Below are positions 26,211 to 39,590 of a stretch of DNA of 64,000 bases, one piece after another. Both the position numbers and the translations under genes were made by a program. Every line of letters begins with the position of its first letter. The stretch's first letter is position 1. The stretch comes from Prorocentrum cordatum (taxonomy: Eukaryota), in contig CAUYUJ010000225.1 in NCBI GenBank assembly GCA_963575745.1, positions 1,426,001 to 1,490,000 on the forward strand, read 5' to 3'. The notes beneath the pieces are model-generated. The model was not told the origin of the DNA. It ran no database searches and saw only the letters and a program-made list of their open reading frames with translations.

Positions 26211-26617
26211 TGAGGCCGGCGGGGCGCTTGTGAGCGATGGCGGCGGCAAGCCTAGAACATGTGCTCGCCGCAAACGCTGGGGGGCGCCCAAAACAACAGT
26301 GGGCAACTTCCGTCCATGACGCAGCATGACTGCATGCATCACTGCGTAAGCATCCTGCTTGTATTACTCTGCCTACGCGTCCGCCAGGGGCGAGGCCACT
26401 GTCCGTCCACGTGCCGAAAAATAAGCCTGCTGTAGAAGTTGTCTCGCCTGATCAATAAACCAGCTCCGATACCAGGCCCAATCCAAGATCCTCTGGCTCC
26501 TGTTGTTGCTCCTCCTCCTCCTCCTCCTCCTCCTCCTCTTCCTCCGCCTCCCTTCTCCTGCTCCTCCTCCTCCTCCTCCTCCTCCTCCTCCTCCTCTTCC
26601 TCCTCCTCCTGGACGTC

Positions 26618-26671
26618 CTTGCCCACGGGCCCCAGCACTCTGTGCTCCAGCTCGCGCCCCCACGGCAGCCC
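26618..26671 (-). CDS. DUF4336-family gene, exon 5 (GLPWGRELEHRVLGPVGK); 3' boundary uncertain
   Basis: Fits the PWxxExxxxxLGP block that follows LP in DUF4336 proteins; GAG|G acceptor at 26673-26672; in phase with exon 4. Confidence 0.75.
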
Positions 26672-27907
26672 CTCGCAGGGGGGGGGGGGGGCGAGGGGGA
26701 GAGGAGGCAAAGAGGGGGAGGAGGGGATGACGACGAGAAGGAAGAACGAGGGAGGAGGATAAGAGGAATATCCGTGATGAGCAGGAATGAAAAACATGGC
26801 GACTGTCGACGATGGGGGAGGAAGGAGGGAGGGAGGGAACGACGAAACAGGAGAGAGAATCGAGAGGGCCAAATACCTCGTCAACGGAGGCTTCGGCCCG
26901 CAAAATGGAAGAGACGTGCCTATAGAACGGAGGCGGAACCACCCCGTCATAGGAGACCACTGGGGCGGGCCCGGCGGGCACCGCAGCGAGGACGAAGGGG
27001 CGACGAGGAGGACGAGGACGAGGACGAGGAAGACGAGGACGAGGATGACGAGGAGGACGAATGGGGCGACGAAGAGGACGAGGACGAGGACATCGAAAAC
27101 CTGGATCGATTCCGGACGGCCCCGGTCCCGACCCGGCCTCCAGAGGCCGAGGAGTGAGAAAAAGCTGGCCGAACCTCGAGCGAGGGCGATGGAGATGAAG
27201 AAAATAAGGCGGCCCAGGGACACACAAATAAATAGACAGAAATCCCAGGATTCCCCTGTTCTTTCCCAGATTTTCTGGGTTTTCGTCTTCCTCACCACTT
27301 CCAATATTGTCCCATATTTTCCTAGGAGTTGCCGATTAACTGTGTCCTTGTGTTTTTTCCCTCATGAGAAGACGGTGACCATGATCGGGGGGGGTGGGCG
27401 AAAGGGTAGGATAGCAAGGGTAGGGTAGGGAATCAGCTCACGTGGGCGCTTTCCCTGGCGCCTCCTGGCGCCTCCGGGCGGCATGGACCATGACCAACAT
27501 CGGTATCGACAAGATCCCGCGACATCCTGGTCATGGTCACGTGTTTCGGCGACGAGCCGGGGGAGAAATGAGAGGGGGCGGGCCTTCTCAGAAGGCTCGG
27601 AAATCGCCCGGCCTTCTCAGAAGTTTACGATGCCTGCCCCGAAGACACTGACCCGCGATCGCATCACCCAGGCAGCAGTCTCACGCCATAACCCTCGGTG
27701 AGGGCATCCAAGGAGGAGGAGGAGGAGGAGGAGGAGGAGGAGGAGGAGGAGCAGGTGCAGCAGGAGTAGCGGAGGCGGTGGAGTTACTACTAATGTAACC
27801 CTCGCTGAGGGCAGCCTTCCAGTAAAGAGACCCTCGGTGAGGGCAGTCTTGCAGCACAGACCCTCGGTGAGGGCACCGACTCAGCAATTCCGCACATTAT
27901 TTCTCTC

Positions 27908-28895
<988 letters not shown>

Positions 28896-29679
28896 TACAT
28901 CAGTAACGTTATACTCAAGTACCCCCAGCGTTTGCCAGTTGGAGAGATGCCGAGCGAGACGATCACCGCGAGTGAGTCGACATCCTAGGCCTGAGAATCT
29001 AGGGGGGGTAAGGGTGCGGTGGAAGTGAAGGGGATTGGTGGGGGGCGGAAGCGCCAGCAAGACCCTCGATGAGGGCAGACATCGCAAGTTCAGCACCTGC
29101 AGGTTGGCAACCAGCGCTTTATTCAAGCAGCCTCAGCTTTGCCGGTTGGGGAGAGAGATGCCGAGCGAGACGACCGCCACGAGAGTCGACCGCCAGGCGC
29201 TCGGCGATGGCAGCAGGGTTTGTGAGGGGGGAGGTCGGGGGGTTTTCGTTGGAGGTGCTGGGTGAGGGCATCGCTGTGTTCGAGCGTGATTCTGGCACTG
29301 GCGTGCGAGAGCCGCTCTGACCCGACCGTGGGCACCCATCGCACACGAATAGACGAGGAATGCGGTGGTGGTGAAGTGGTTTAGATCCAGGAGGCGGTGA
29401 AGGAAGGTAGCACATCGCACTCAGTATGTTTATATACTCCCTCGGCGAGGGCATCTTAGAAATTGACTGCCGGCTGACCTCGGTGAGGATTAGAACTGCC
29501 CTCGGCGAGGGCCCTTGTCACAGGCGGGATCGGATTGTGGAGCTGGGCGAGGTGGGAGGGGACTACGTTGCCGACGCCCGCAGATAAAATATTCGATGCC
29601 CTCGCAGGCTTCTTTACTTTCCTGTGCCTCTTCGCACACCTTGCGCCGTTTAGTCTACATTGAGCTGACTACATTTGAG

Positions 29680-30205
29680 CCTCCTCCCCCCCGCCCTTCC
29701 TCGTTCCCTGCTTCCCTGCCTCCTCATAAGCGTCTTACCCCCTCCTCCTCCTCCTCCTTCCTCCTCTCTCCTCCTCCTCCTCGGCCTCCTCCTCCTCCTC
29801 CTCCTCCTCCTCCTCCTCCTCCTCCTCCTCCTCATCCTCTCCCTCGTCCTCCCCATCCTCCTCCACCTCGTGCTCCCCTTCCTCACCCTGCCGCTCCCTT
29901 CCCTCCTCCTCCTCCTCCTCCTCCCTTCCCCTCCTCCTCCCCTCCTCCTCCTCCTCCTCCTCCTCCTCCTCCTCCTCTGGTCTTCTTTCCTTCCTCCTTC
30001 TTCTCTCCTTCCTCCTCCTCCTCCTGGTGTTTTTTTCCTCCTCCTCCCTTCTCCCTCCCCTCCTCCTCCTGCTCTGTCCCTCCCCTCGTCTTCCCCTCCT
30101 CCTCCCCTCCCCCCTCCCCCCCCCATCCCCCTTCCCCCCTCCTCCTCCTCCTCCTCCTCTTCCTCCTCCTCCTCCTCCTCCTCCTCCTCCTCCTCCTCCT
30201 CTTCT
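29680..30205. repeat. (CCT)n microsatellite
   Basis: Direct reading. Confidence 0.95.
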
Positions 30206-30452
30206 TCTTAGAATTATCATCCTTCTTATTTGGGTTATTATGATTATTAGTCTATCATCAGTAGTCTTACTACGACTACTGATATTAATGAGTATTAGTG
30301 TTAGTTTTATTCGTGTGGCTACTACTTATAACCAATAATACTATTACGAGTGTTCGTTCTATGCTTCTTGTTATTCGTAGTATCAATATTAGCTGTAGCA
30401 TTGTCACTATTATTATTCGTATACTTAGTAATCGTTTATTAATATTCGTGTT

Positions 30453-32261
30453 CCTCATATCCTAAGATGGGGTTAGTGTTATTACTTGGACGCCTCCAAC
30501 TGCTCAATCCTCGTCTGCTCCTCCTCCTCCTCCTCATACCTAGGCTCGCGCATACCTAGACTTACTCATACACAGACTTACTCATGCTCAGACCCAATCT
30601 TATTAACTTGCTCATAATCAGACCTACTCATACTCAGACTGACCCATGCTGAGACTCACTCGTACCCAGACTTGCTCATACTCGGACCTTCGCATTGTCT
30701 GACTTATTGAACACACAGCAGATTGTGAGGATGTCTCAAGCGGGCGCTGGTTTCAGCACCCCTAAGGGGAACCGCCGAATGGTATTGCACGGTCCTGTTC
30801 GCGGCCGTTTTGTGGGGATGTCCCGAGCGGTTTGCCTGTTTTCTGTCCCAGCGTCCTTCGTTTGGAGAGCAGATTGTGAGGATGTCTCAGGCGGGGCGCG
30901 GGTTTCAGCACCCCTAAGGGGAGCCGCCGATGGGGTATTGCACGGTCCCGTTCGCGACAGTCGTGTGGGGATGTCTCAAGCGCTTTGCATGTTTTCTGTC
31001 CCAACATCCTTCGCTTGTAGGGGAAATTGCCAGGATGTCTCAGGCGGTGCGCTGGTTTCAGCGCCGCCGAGGGGTATTGCACGGTCCCGTTCGCGGCCGT
31101 CTTGCGGAGATGTCTCCAGCGGCTTGCCTGTTTTCTGTCCCAACATCCGTCGCTTGGAGAACAGATTGTGAGGATGTCTCAGGCGGGGCGCTGGTTTCAG
31201 CACCCCTAAAGGGAACCGCCGAGGGGTATTGCACGGTCCCGTTCGTGGCCGTATTGTGGGGATGTCTCAAGCGGTTTGCCAGTTTTCTGTCCCAACATCC
31301 TTCGCAGGTTGAGCAGATGGTGGGGATGTCTCAGGCGGGGCGCTGGCTTCAGCTACCTAAGGGGGGCCGCCAAAGGGTGTTGCACGGATCCGTTCGCTGC
31401 CATTTTGTGATGATATCTCAAGCAGTTTGCCTGATGTCTGTCCGAACATCCTTCGCTTGGAGAGCAGATTGTGAAGATGTCTCAGGCGGGGCGCTGGTTT
31501 CAGCACCCCTAAGGGGAGCCGCCAAATGGTATTGCACGGTCCCGTTCGCGGACGTTTTGCGGGGATGTCTCAAGCGGTTCGCCTGTTTTCTGTCTCGACA
31601 TCCTTCGCCTGGAGAGCAGATTGCGAGGATGTCTCAGGCGGGGCGCTGGTTTCAGCACCCCTTGGGGGGCCGCTGAGGGGTATGACACGGTCCCGTTCGC
31701 GGCCGTTTTGTGGGGATGTCTCAAGCGGTTTGCCTGTTGTCTGTCTCAACATCCTTCGCTTGAAGAACAGATTGTGAGGATGTCTCAGGCGGGGCGCTGG
31801 TTTCAGCTACCTAAAGACAGCCGCCAAGGGCTGCTTTCACGGCTCCGTTCGTCGCCATTTTGTGGTGATGTCTCTAACGGCTTGCCTGTTTTCTGTGTTT
31901 GCGTTGTGTCCCGAGTGGCTCTCCCCGTTGCGTACGGCGGTCAAGGAAGAATGACCAGGTGTTGCTGGCGCAGAGCTTGTGTCACCGTGGGATGTTGCTT
32001 TCTCTCTCCGTGGTGCTTTCCAATCTTGTCGTCGTCAGCGGGAGAGGGAACTTGAGAAGGTTCATTCTCCCGCGTGCGTTTGGGCTGGGGAGGAACTTGA
32101 AAAGGTTCACTCTCTAGCTGCGGGAGAGGGAACTTGAAAAGGTTCACTTTCCCGCTTGTGGCTCATATGACTCATATGGCTGGGCACTCATTCAACTTTC
32201 CCAAATGCAATATTACCTTTTAAGAAGGATGCACATATGGGGAGCTCCACGCAGTGAGTCA
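30453..32261 (+). mobile_element. Family A copy 3, carrying a 152-bp array
   Basis: Left end CCTCATATCCTAAGATGGGGTT...TTACTTGGACGCC (30453); CAGACTTACTCATA repeats as in copy 1; right end GATGCACATATGGGGAGCTCCACGCAGTGAGTCA (32228-32261). Confidence 0.7.
30717..31900 (+). repeat. 152-bp tandem array, ~8 diverged copies
   Basis: CACGGTCCCGTTCGC-like anchors ~152 bp apart; shares GATGTCTCAGGCGGGGCGCTGGTTTCAGCACCCC with 5616-7030. Confidence 0.93.
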
Positions 32262-32760
32262 TTGTCATTATTATTATGGTTGTTATCGTTATTCCCGTCC
32301 TCCTCATCCTCCTCCTGCTGTTCCTCCTCCTCCTCCTCCTCCTCCTCCTCCTCCTCCTCCTCCTCCTCCTCCTCCTCCTCCTCCTCCTCCTCCTCCTCCC
32401 ACCCCCATCCCCACTCTCCCAATCGCTCCTCTCCAGACAGGTGAAAACGATGTTTTCGATGCGTGTTATGGATTACTGTGCTCGGCCGAGAGCTGCCGGG
32501 TGCGCACGTAAATTATCAGGTCTACGGAAAACATTTCGAGCCCTTCGCCTCTAGATGACCCCCGAGACCGCCAGCAGGCCCCCAAGGAAGCCCCCAAGAA
32601 GCCTAAACCAGACCTCAGGAGGCCACGAAGAGCCCCCGAGAGGCCCCAAGACACCTCCAAAACCGCCTCCACGAGGCCTCCCAAGAGAACCCCACAGGTA
32701 TCGAAGCGGCCTCTAACTTGCAACCGAAGCACGGTGGCGGGATGGGCAGGGAACAGCTAG

Positions 32761-34503
32761 ATCCGCCGCCCCCTGCTGATTCATCACAGGGGTGCCTGGC
32801 GTGCTAGATCCTTTCGGTTTGGGTTTTGGTTCTTTTTCCAGAACATCCCCCCCTGGGGTTTCGGCCAATCCCGCCGGCCACCCAGAAGGGCGCGCAGCAG
32901 GTGGTTGCAAAGGGTGTTTCGGCTCCGGACGGCTCCAAGACGGCCTCCAAGATGGCCAAGATGGGCCTCCAAGTCCGCCCAAGATGGTCCAAGATGGCCT
33001 CGAAGACGGCCCAAGAGAGTCCAGGATGCCTCCAAGTTCGCACAAGAAACACCTAAGGCGGTCCAAGACGGTGCCAGAGGCCTCCAAGGGGCCTCCAAGA
33101 CGGCCCAAGAGGGCTCCTCCAGGGTCCTCAAGGACGGCCCGAAGCGGTCAAAATCATGGATTTCCCTTTGGTTTTTGAAGGCTTTTGCTACTTTTCGGTT
33201 TCCCGACGGCCCGAGACGGCCCAAGAGGCCATCAAGATCGCCCCTAGACTGCCCAAGAAGCCTCCAAGACGGCCCCAGGACGGCCCAAGAGGGCCTCAAG
33301 AAACCCAAGATGGCCTCCAAGACTGCCAAGATGGCCTCCAAGATGCCTCCAAGACGGCCAAGATGGCTTCCAAGACGGCTAAGACGGCCCCAAGATGCAC
33401 CCAAGACGGCCCAAGCTGGCCTCAAGATGGCCTAAGACAGCAAAATAGGCCCGCAAGAGGCCTCCGAGACGGCCCAAGAGCTCTCCAAGACGTCCTCCAG
33501 GAAGGCCCGGCAGAGTCAAAATCATTGATGTTCCTATGTTTTTGAAGGGTTGTGGCTTTTGCCGCTTTTCAGCTCTCCGACGGCCCAAGACGGCCCAAGC
33601 GGCCCCAAACATCGACCAAAGAGCGCCCAAGAGGCCTCCAAGATGGCCCCATGACAACGCAAGAGGCCCCCAAGAGGGCCCCAAGAAGGCCCCAAGACGG
33701 CCCAAGAGGCCCCCGAAACGCCCAAGATGCCTCCACGACGGCCAAAATGGCCTCCAAGATGCCTCCAAGACGGCCAAGATGGCCGTCAAGACGGCTAAAA
33801 TGGCCCGAAGATGCACCCAAGTTGGCCCAAGCTGGCCTCAACATGGCCTAAGACGGTCCTATAGGCCCACAAGAAGCTTCCAAGAGCCCTTCAAGACGTC
33901 CTCCAGGAATGCCCGAAACGGCCAAAATCATTGAATTGCCTGAGGTGTTTCAAGGATTGTGGCTTTTGCTCTTTTTCAGCTCTCCGACGGCCCGAGACGG
34001 CCAAAGCGGCCCCCCACACATCGACCCAAGAGCGCCCAAGAGGGCTCCAAAATGGCCCCATGACAGCCCAAGAGGCCCACAAGAGGGCCCCAAAAAGGCC
34101 CCAAGACGGCCCAAGAGGCCCCCAAAGACACCCAAAATGGCCTCCAAGGCGGCCAAAATGGCCTCGAAGATGCCTCCAAGACACCCTAGATGGCCGTCAA
34201 AACGGCCAAGGTGGCCCCAAGATGCACCCAAGGCGGCCCCAGATGGCCTGAAGAGCCCAAATGGCCCGCCAGAGGCCTCCAAGACATCCCAAGACCCCTC
34301 CAAGAAGTCCTCCAGGAAGCCCGACAGCTTGGAAACCACCTGGTCCGATAGCTCGCCCGACTCGGTGTTCCCCGAAGGCTCTCGAAACCCACTCGGGGAA
34401 CGCGTGGCCCGATAGCCTGGCCAAGCTCGAACCCAACTTTCGGCCACGCAGGCGCTTCCAAAAAGGCAGGGGGCGGCGGTGACTCGCCAAAGGCGTCTTT
34501 GAT
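32761..34503 (+). mobile_element. Non-autonomous element with a perfect 14-bp asymmetric TIR and 3' hairpin (family B-like), CCAAGA-rich interior
   Basis: CCGCCGCCCCCTGC (32763-32776) versus GCAGGGGGCGGCGG (34466-34479); left hairpin CCCCTG...CAGGGG; right hairpin CGCC-aaa-GGCG. Confidence 0.7.
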
Positions 34504-34589
34504 CCGCCGCCCCTGTGGTTTGCCACCACCACCCTGCGGCTTGCCACAAGGGCGCACGTTGGTCTGGATGTATGGCGTTGTTGTGGTTC

Positions 34590-34650
34590 CCTCTCTCTCT
34601 CTCTCTTTCTTTCTTTCTTTATTTCTTTATTTCTTTCTTTCTTTCTTTTT

Positions 34651-34710
<60 letters not shown>

Positions 34711-35006
34711 CATATATATATAAATACCGATACATATTCACACGTATATGTATGTATGTTTGCACGTACGTACGTACGTACATACATACATGCGCAAATA
34801 CGTACGTATGTATGTATATACGTGTGTATGTATATGTATGCGTATGTATATATGCATATGTAAATGTGTATGTATATGTATATGTTTATGAATATATATA
34901 TGTGTGTATATGTATATGCATACATGTACGTATATGTATATGTATATGCATTTGTATATGTATTTGTATATGTATACGTATACGACTATATATATATACG
35001 TATGTA
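34590..35006. repeat. (CT)n then (TA)/(TATG)n microsatellite
   Basis: Direct reading. Confidence 0.9.
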
Positions 35007-35044
35007 CTAGAACCACGCGCGCTTCGCGCGCGCTTAGGTTCTAG
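35007..35044 (-). mobile_element. Helitron-like 3' terminus (GC hairpin then CTAG|T)
   Basis: Minus strand CGCGCGC-gaa-GCGCGCG-tggtt-CTAG followed by T; near-copy at 63549-63587. Confidence 0.55.
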
Positions 35045-35589
35045 CGCGGACTTCCCCGATTGTGAACGCGAGCTCGCCCCACACGGGAGCGTGCTGCCAG
35101 AAGGACCGCTGTCGAAAGAACGGCGGGGCTCTTGCGGCCACGGCGAGGGTCTTGGCCACGAAGGGGTCCCCCGGCCTGGAGCTAGGCAGCAGCACGACGA
35201 GCCAGAGCCGCTCCTGTGTCCAAGGCGGTCCTTGCTTCGGCGTCCTGGCCGGGCTCATTGCATGCTCAACGAGAGCTTCACCAACTACATCAAAACGCGG
35301 ACTACAACAACCGCACCCTGATTATTCTGATGACTCAAATCGTGTCGACAGTGTTGCAGCATACGGCTCTGGTGAGAAACGCCAGGAAGAGGAACGCCAG
35401 CCCTGTCTGGACGGGAGGACCCCAGCCAGCGCAAGGAGAGTCTTGCTTCTTCCATGGAGTGAGGAGGAAGACTGGGCGAACGAGGAGAATTAGTCCCCAA
35501 GGGAACCCACAGGACAGCCTCAAGTGACAAAACCATATCTGATTTGTCTTTAAATGGTTCTCGCATTCTCGCCAGCTCGGGGCTATGAA

Positions 35590-38330
35590 CCCCGAGGAGA
35601 AGGTGGCCCAAGATGGTCCCCGGGAGGGGCCGGAGAGGCCCGCAAGGGGGAACTCGTGGGGGCTGTTTGGGAGCCTCTTGAAGCCTCGTTTGGGCCTCCT
35701 GGGTGCCTCTTGGGGGTCTCCTGGGGCCTCTTGGGGCCCCTTTGGGGCCTCCCGGGGCCCGGTGGAGGCGGGAGGCTCGAATTTCCGGTTCGCGGTTCCC
35801 CTCTTGGGGCCCTCTGGGGGCCGTCTTGGGCCTCTCTTCGCCCGTCTTGGGCGCGTCTTGGGCCGCCTTGGGGCCCTCCAGAGCCGTCTTGAGGGCCTCT
35901 TGGAGGCCTCTTGGGGCGTCCGCGGGGGGCTTTTGAGCCGTCGTGGAGCGTCGGTCAGCTGAAAAGGCGGGAAAGGCAAAATGCGTCCAAAATCTTAGTA
36001 AAATTAACGATTTTGGCCTCTTGGGGCCCTCTGGGGGGGCCTCTTGGAGGCCTCTTGGAGCGTCTTGGGGGCCTCTGTGGCCGTCTTGGGCTTATCTTGG
36101 GCATCTTGGGGCCCTCTTGGCGCCCTCCTGGGCCTCTTGGAGCCTGCTGGGCCTGCATGGTTCTAGCCCAGGCCGGGGGGCGCTGGACGATCTTGGACAA
36201 GGCTATCAAGCACAGGCGCGCGACTGCATCTGAGGAGCTTCTGGGGTGTTCCGCATGCTTCGTCAACTGGCTGTTGGAGGCACCTCTTGGGTGCTTCTTG
36301 GGGGGGCGTCTGAGGGCCCCTTGGGGACATGTGTTCTGCAATTTGAAGCCGTCATTGGCCGTCTTGGCTGCGCGGAAGCCCGACTTGAGGCCACCTGCTG
36401 CCAGATTGAGGCAATCCGGGAGCCTCCCGGGGGCGTCCTGGAAGCAGTTTTGACGCATCGAGGGCACTCTTGGGCTATTTTGAAGCCTCTTGGACGTCTC
36501 CTACGGGCCTTTGAGGCCCTCGGGAAGCTTTTGGGGTCCTCGTCGGACCACTTGGGGGCCTCTTGCGGCCTCCTGTGGGCCTTGTGGGGGGACCGCTCTG
36601 CTGTTGGGTCGCGTCCCCCTTCTTGGGCCTCTCTTGGGGCTCTTGGGGCCCTCTGGGGCCGTCTTGGGCGCATCAAGCACCGTATTGGGGCCCTCGCGGG
36701 CCGTCTTGGGGCCCTTTTGGAGGCCTCTTCCTCTATATGGGAGCGGTATTGGAAGCCTCTTGGGCCGTGTTGGACATCGGGATGCCAAAGGCAGAAAACA
36801 ACGTAGAACCCGTCAAAGCCCAATCGTAAAACAATGAGTTCTGCCTCTTGGGGCCACCTTGGGAGATCTCTTGGAACCTCGTCGGCCCTCTTGGGAGCTT
36901 CTCAGGGGCCTCTTGGATCCGATTGGGGGCATCTTGGGTCTTCCCGAGAACCTCTCGGGGTAGAAAGCTCGGATTCTCGATTCGTGTTTCCCTTCTTGGG
37001 GCTCTCTTGGGGCCGTCTTGGGGCCCTCTCGGGCGCCTCGGGCACCGCCTTGGGGCCCTCGTGGGCCGCCCAGGGCCCTCGTGTAAGCCTCTTCGGCTAT
37101 CTTCGAGCTGTCTTGGAGACCTCTTCCTCCTCCTCGTCCCCCTCCTCCTCCTCCTCCTCCTCCTCACTCCAGCTCTCTCTCCTCTTGATCTTCCTCCTCC
37201 TCCTGCAGCGTGTTCCGGAAGGCTCCCGCCAGAACATGCTGTGCACAAGTGCTGTCACTGCTCCCGCCACCGTGCCCTGGGTGGTGGGTCAGAGGCCTCA
37301 TGGGTGTTGGTTTGGATCTCGTGGTTGGCCTGTCGGGGACGTCGTGAAGGCAGTTTCGCAGCTTCTCGGTAGCCGTTTTGGGACCGTTGTGGGGCCTCCT
37401 CGGGGCTGTTTTGTGGCCTCTTTAGGCCTCGTTTGGGCCTCCTGGGTGCCTCTTGGGGGCCTCCTGGGGCCTCTTGGGGGCTCCTTGGGGCCTCCTGGGG
37501 CACTCTTCAAGCCGGAGGGTCGAATCTTGGAGTCGTGGTCCCCGTCTTAGGCGCATCTTGGGGCCGTCTTGGGGCTCTGTTGGGCTGTCTTGGGCGACTC
37601 TGGGGCCCTCTTGGGGCCCTCTTGGGCCGTCTTGGGGCGCTCCTGGGGGCCTATTGAGCCGTCTTGGAACGTCGGACAGCCGAAAAGGCTGGAAGGCCAA
37701 AATCGTTCGAAAACCTTCGTAAAATTGACGATTTCGGCCTCTGGAAGCGCTCTGGAGAGGCGTCTTGAAGCGTCGTGGAGTGCCTTGGGGGGCCTCTCGG
37801 GCCGTCTTGGGCCTATCTTCGGCGTCCTGGAGCGGTCTTTCGGCGACTCGGGGCCCGCTTGGGCCGTCTTGGGGCTCTCTTCGCCCGTCTTGAGCGCGTT
37901 TGGGGCCGTCTTGGGGCCCTCCAGAGCCGTCTTGAGCCCCTCTTGGAGGCCTCTTGGGATCTCTTGGGCTCTCTTGGGGCGTCCGCGGGGGGCCTTTGAG
38001 CCGTCGTGGAGCGTCGGAAAGCTGAGAAGGCGGGAAAAGCAAAATGTGTCCAAAACCTTCGTAAAATAAACGATTTCGGCCTCGTGAAGCGCTTTGGAGA
38101 GGCGTCTGGAAGCGTCGTGGAGTGCCTTGGGGAGCCTCTCGGGCCGTCTTGAGCCTATCTTGGGCGTCCTGGAGCGGTCTTTCGGCGACTCGGGGCCCGC
38201 TTGGGCCGTCTTGGGAGCCTCTGGATGCCCTCCTGGACTATTTTGGACCTCCCCGGCCGCCCCGTCCTCCCATGGGGGGTTGGAGGCGGCGGCCTCCCAG
38301 GCCCAGGACGCGGAAACTGTGTAAAAACAC
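35590..38330. repeat. CCAAGA-type repeat tract (TCTTGG orientation)
   Basis: Internal duplications; 36159-36480 is homologous to 63580-64000. Confidence 0.8.
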
Positions 38331-38404
38331 AGGGAAAATGAGCCCCCGTCCCCCCATGGGGGGTGGAGGCACCTGTCCTGGGGCCCCCGGCCTCGCCCCC
38401 AGGG

Positions 38405-38907
38405 ATATATCTATATATATATATATATATCATATGTGTATGTATATGTATAGGTATATGTTTATGTGTATGTATATGTGTATGTATATGTATACGCATA
38501 TGTATATGTATATGTACATTTGTAGTATACTATATTATATATATATATATATGTGTATATATATATGTATATGTATATGCATATATATATATGTACATGT
38601 GTATGTGTTTGTGCATGTGTATGTGCATGTGGATGTGTATGTGTATGTGTATGTATGTATGTATGTATGTTTGTATGCATGTGTATGTATGCATGTATGC
38701 ATGCATGCATGCATGTATGCATGTATACACGTATGCGTGTATGCATGTCTGCATGTAGGTATGTGTGTACGTACGTATGTATGTATGCATGCATGTATGT
38801 ATGTACGTACGTACGTATGTATATATGTATGTATGTATGTCTGTGTATGGGTGTGTGTCTGTATGTATGTTGTATGTATGTATGCATGCATGCATGTGTA
38901 TATATAT

Positions 38908-38938
<31 letters not shown>

Positions 38939-38990
38939 CATACATACATACATATATATAAATAAATATATATATATATATATATACATA
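38405..38990. repeat. (TA)/(TATG)n microsatellite
   Basis: Direct reading. Confidence 0.95.
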
Positions 38991-38999
38991 CGCCCATTG

Positions 39000-39590
39000 C
39001 CCAACTCGCCTCCAAGACGGCCGAGAGGCCCCAGATGGCCTCCAAGATGCCTCCAAGACGGGCAGGATGGCTCCAAGAGAGCCCAAGGTAGCCCCAAGAT
39101 GGCTGCACAACCGCCAAGATGGTGCAAGAGAGCCCATGACGGCCCAAGAAGAGCCAAATAAGCTCCTTGAGACAGCCCAAGAGGCCTCCAAGAGGCCTCC
39201 AGGGAAGTTTCGAAGAGGCAAAATCATGGATATCCCGTTGATGTTTGAAATGTGTTGGCATTTGCTTCTTTTCGGTCTTCCGACGGCCCGAGACAGCCCA
39301 AGAGCCCCCAAAGATCGCCCCAAGATCGCCCAAGAGGCCTCCAAGATGGCCCCAGGACGGCTCAAGAGGCTCCCACGACGGCCCCCAAAGGGCCCCAACC
39401 AAGACGCCCAAGATGGCTATCAAGACGACCCTGCTTCGCCCCAAGAGAGCCCCCAGACGGCCCTCAGAGGCTCCCAAGACGGCTTCCGACGGGCCAGGAA
39501 CGCTGCAAGACGGCAAAAGAGGCCCCCAAGAGGCCGAAGGAGGCCCCCAGGAGGCCCCAAGAATGACCCAGGAAGCACCCAAGAGGTCTC
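39000..39590. repeat. CCAAGA-type repeat tract
   Basis: Direct reading. Confidence 0.8.

Noticed and set aside
32792..34415. Arg/Pro/Gly-rich ORFs over CCAAGA tracts
   Set aside because: Open in several frames on both strands; no domain motifs; repeat-derived
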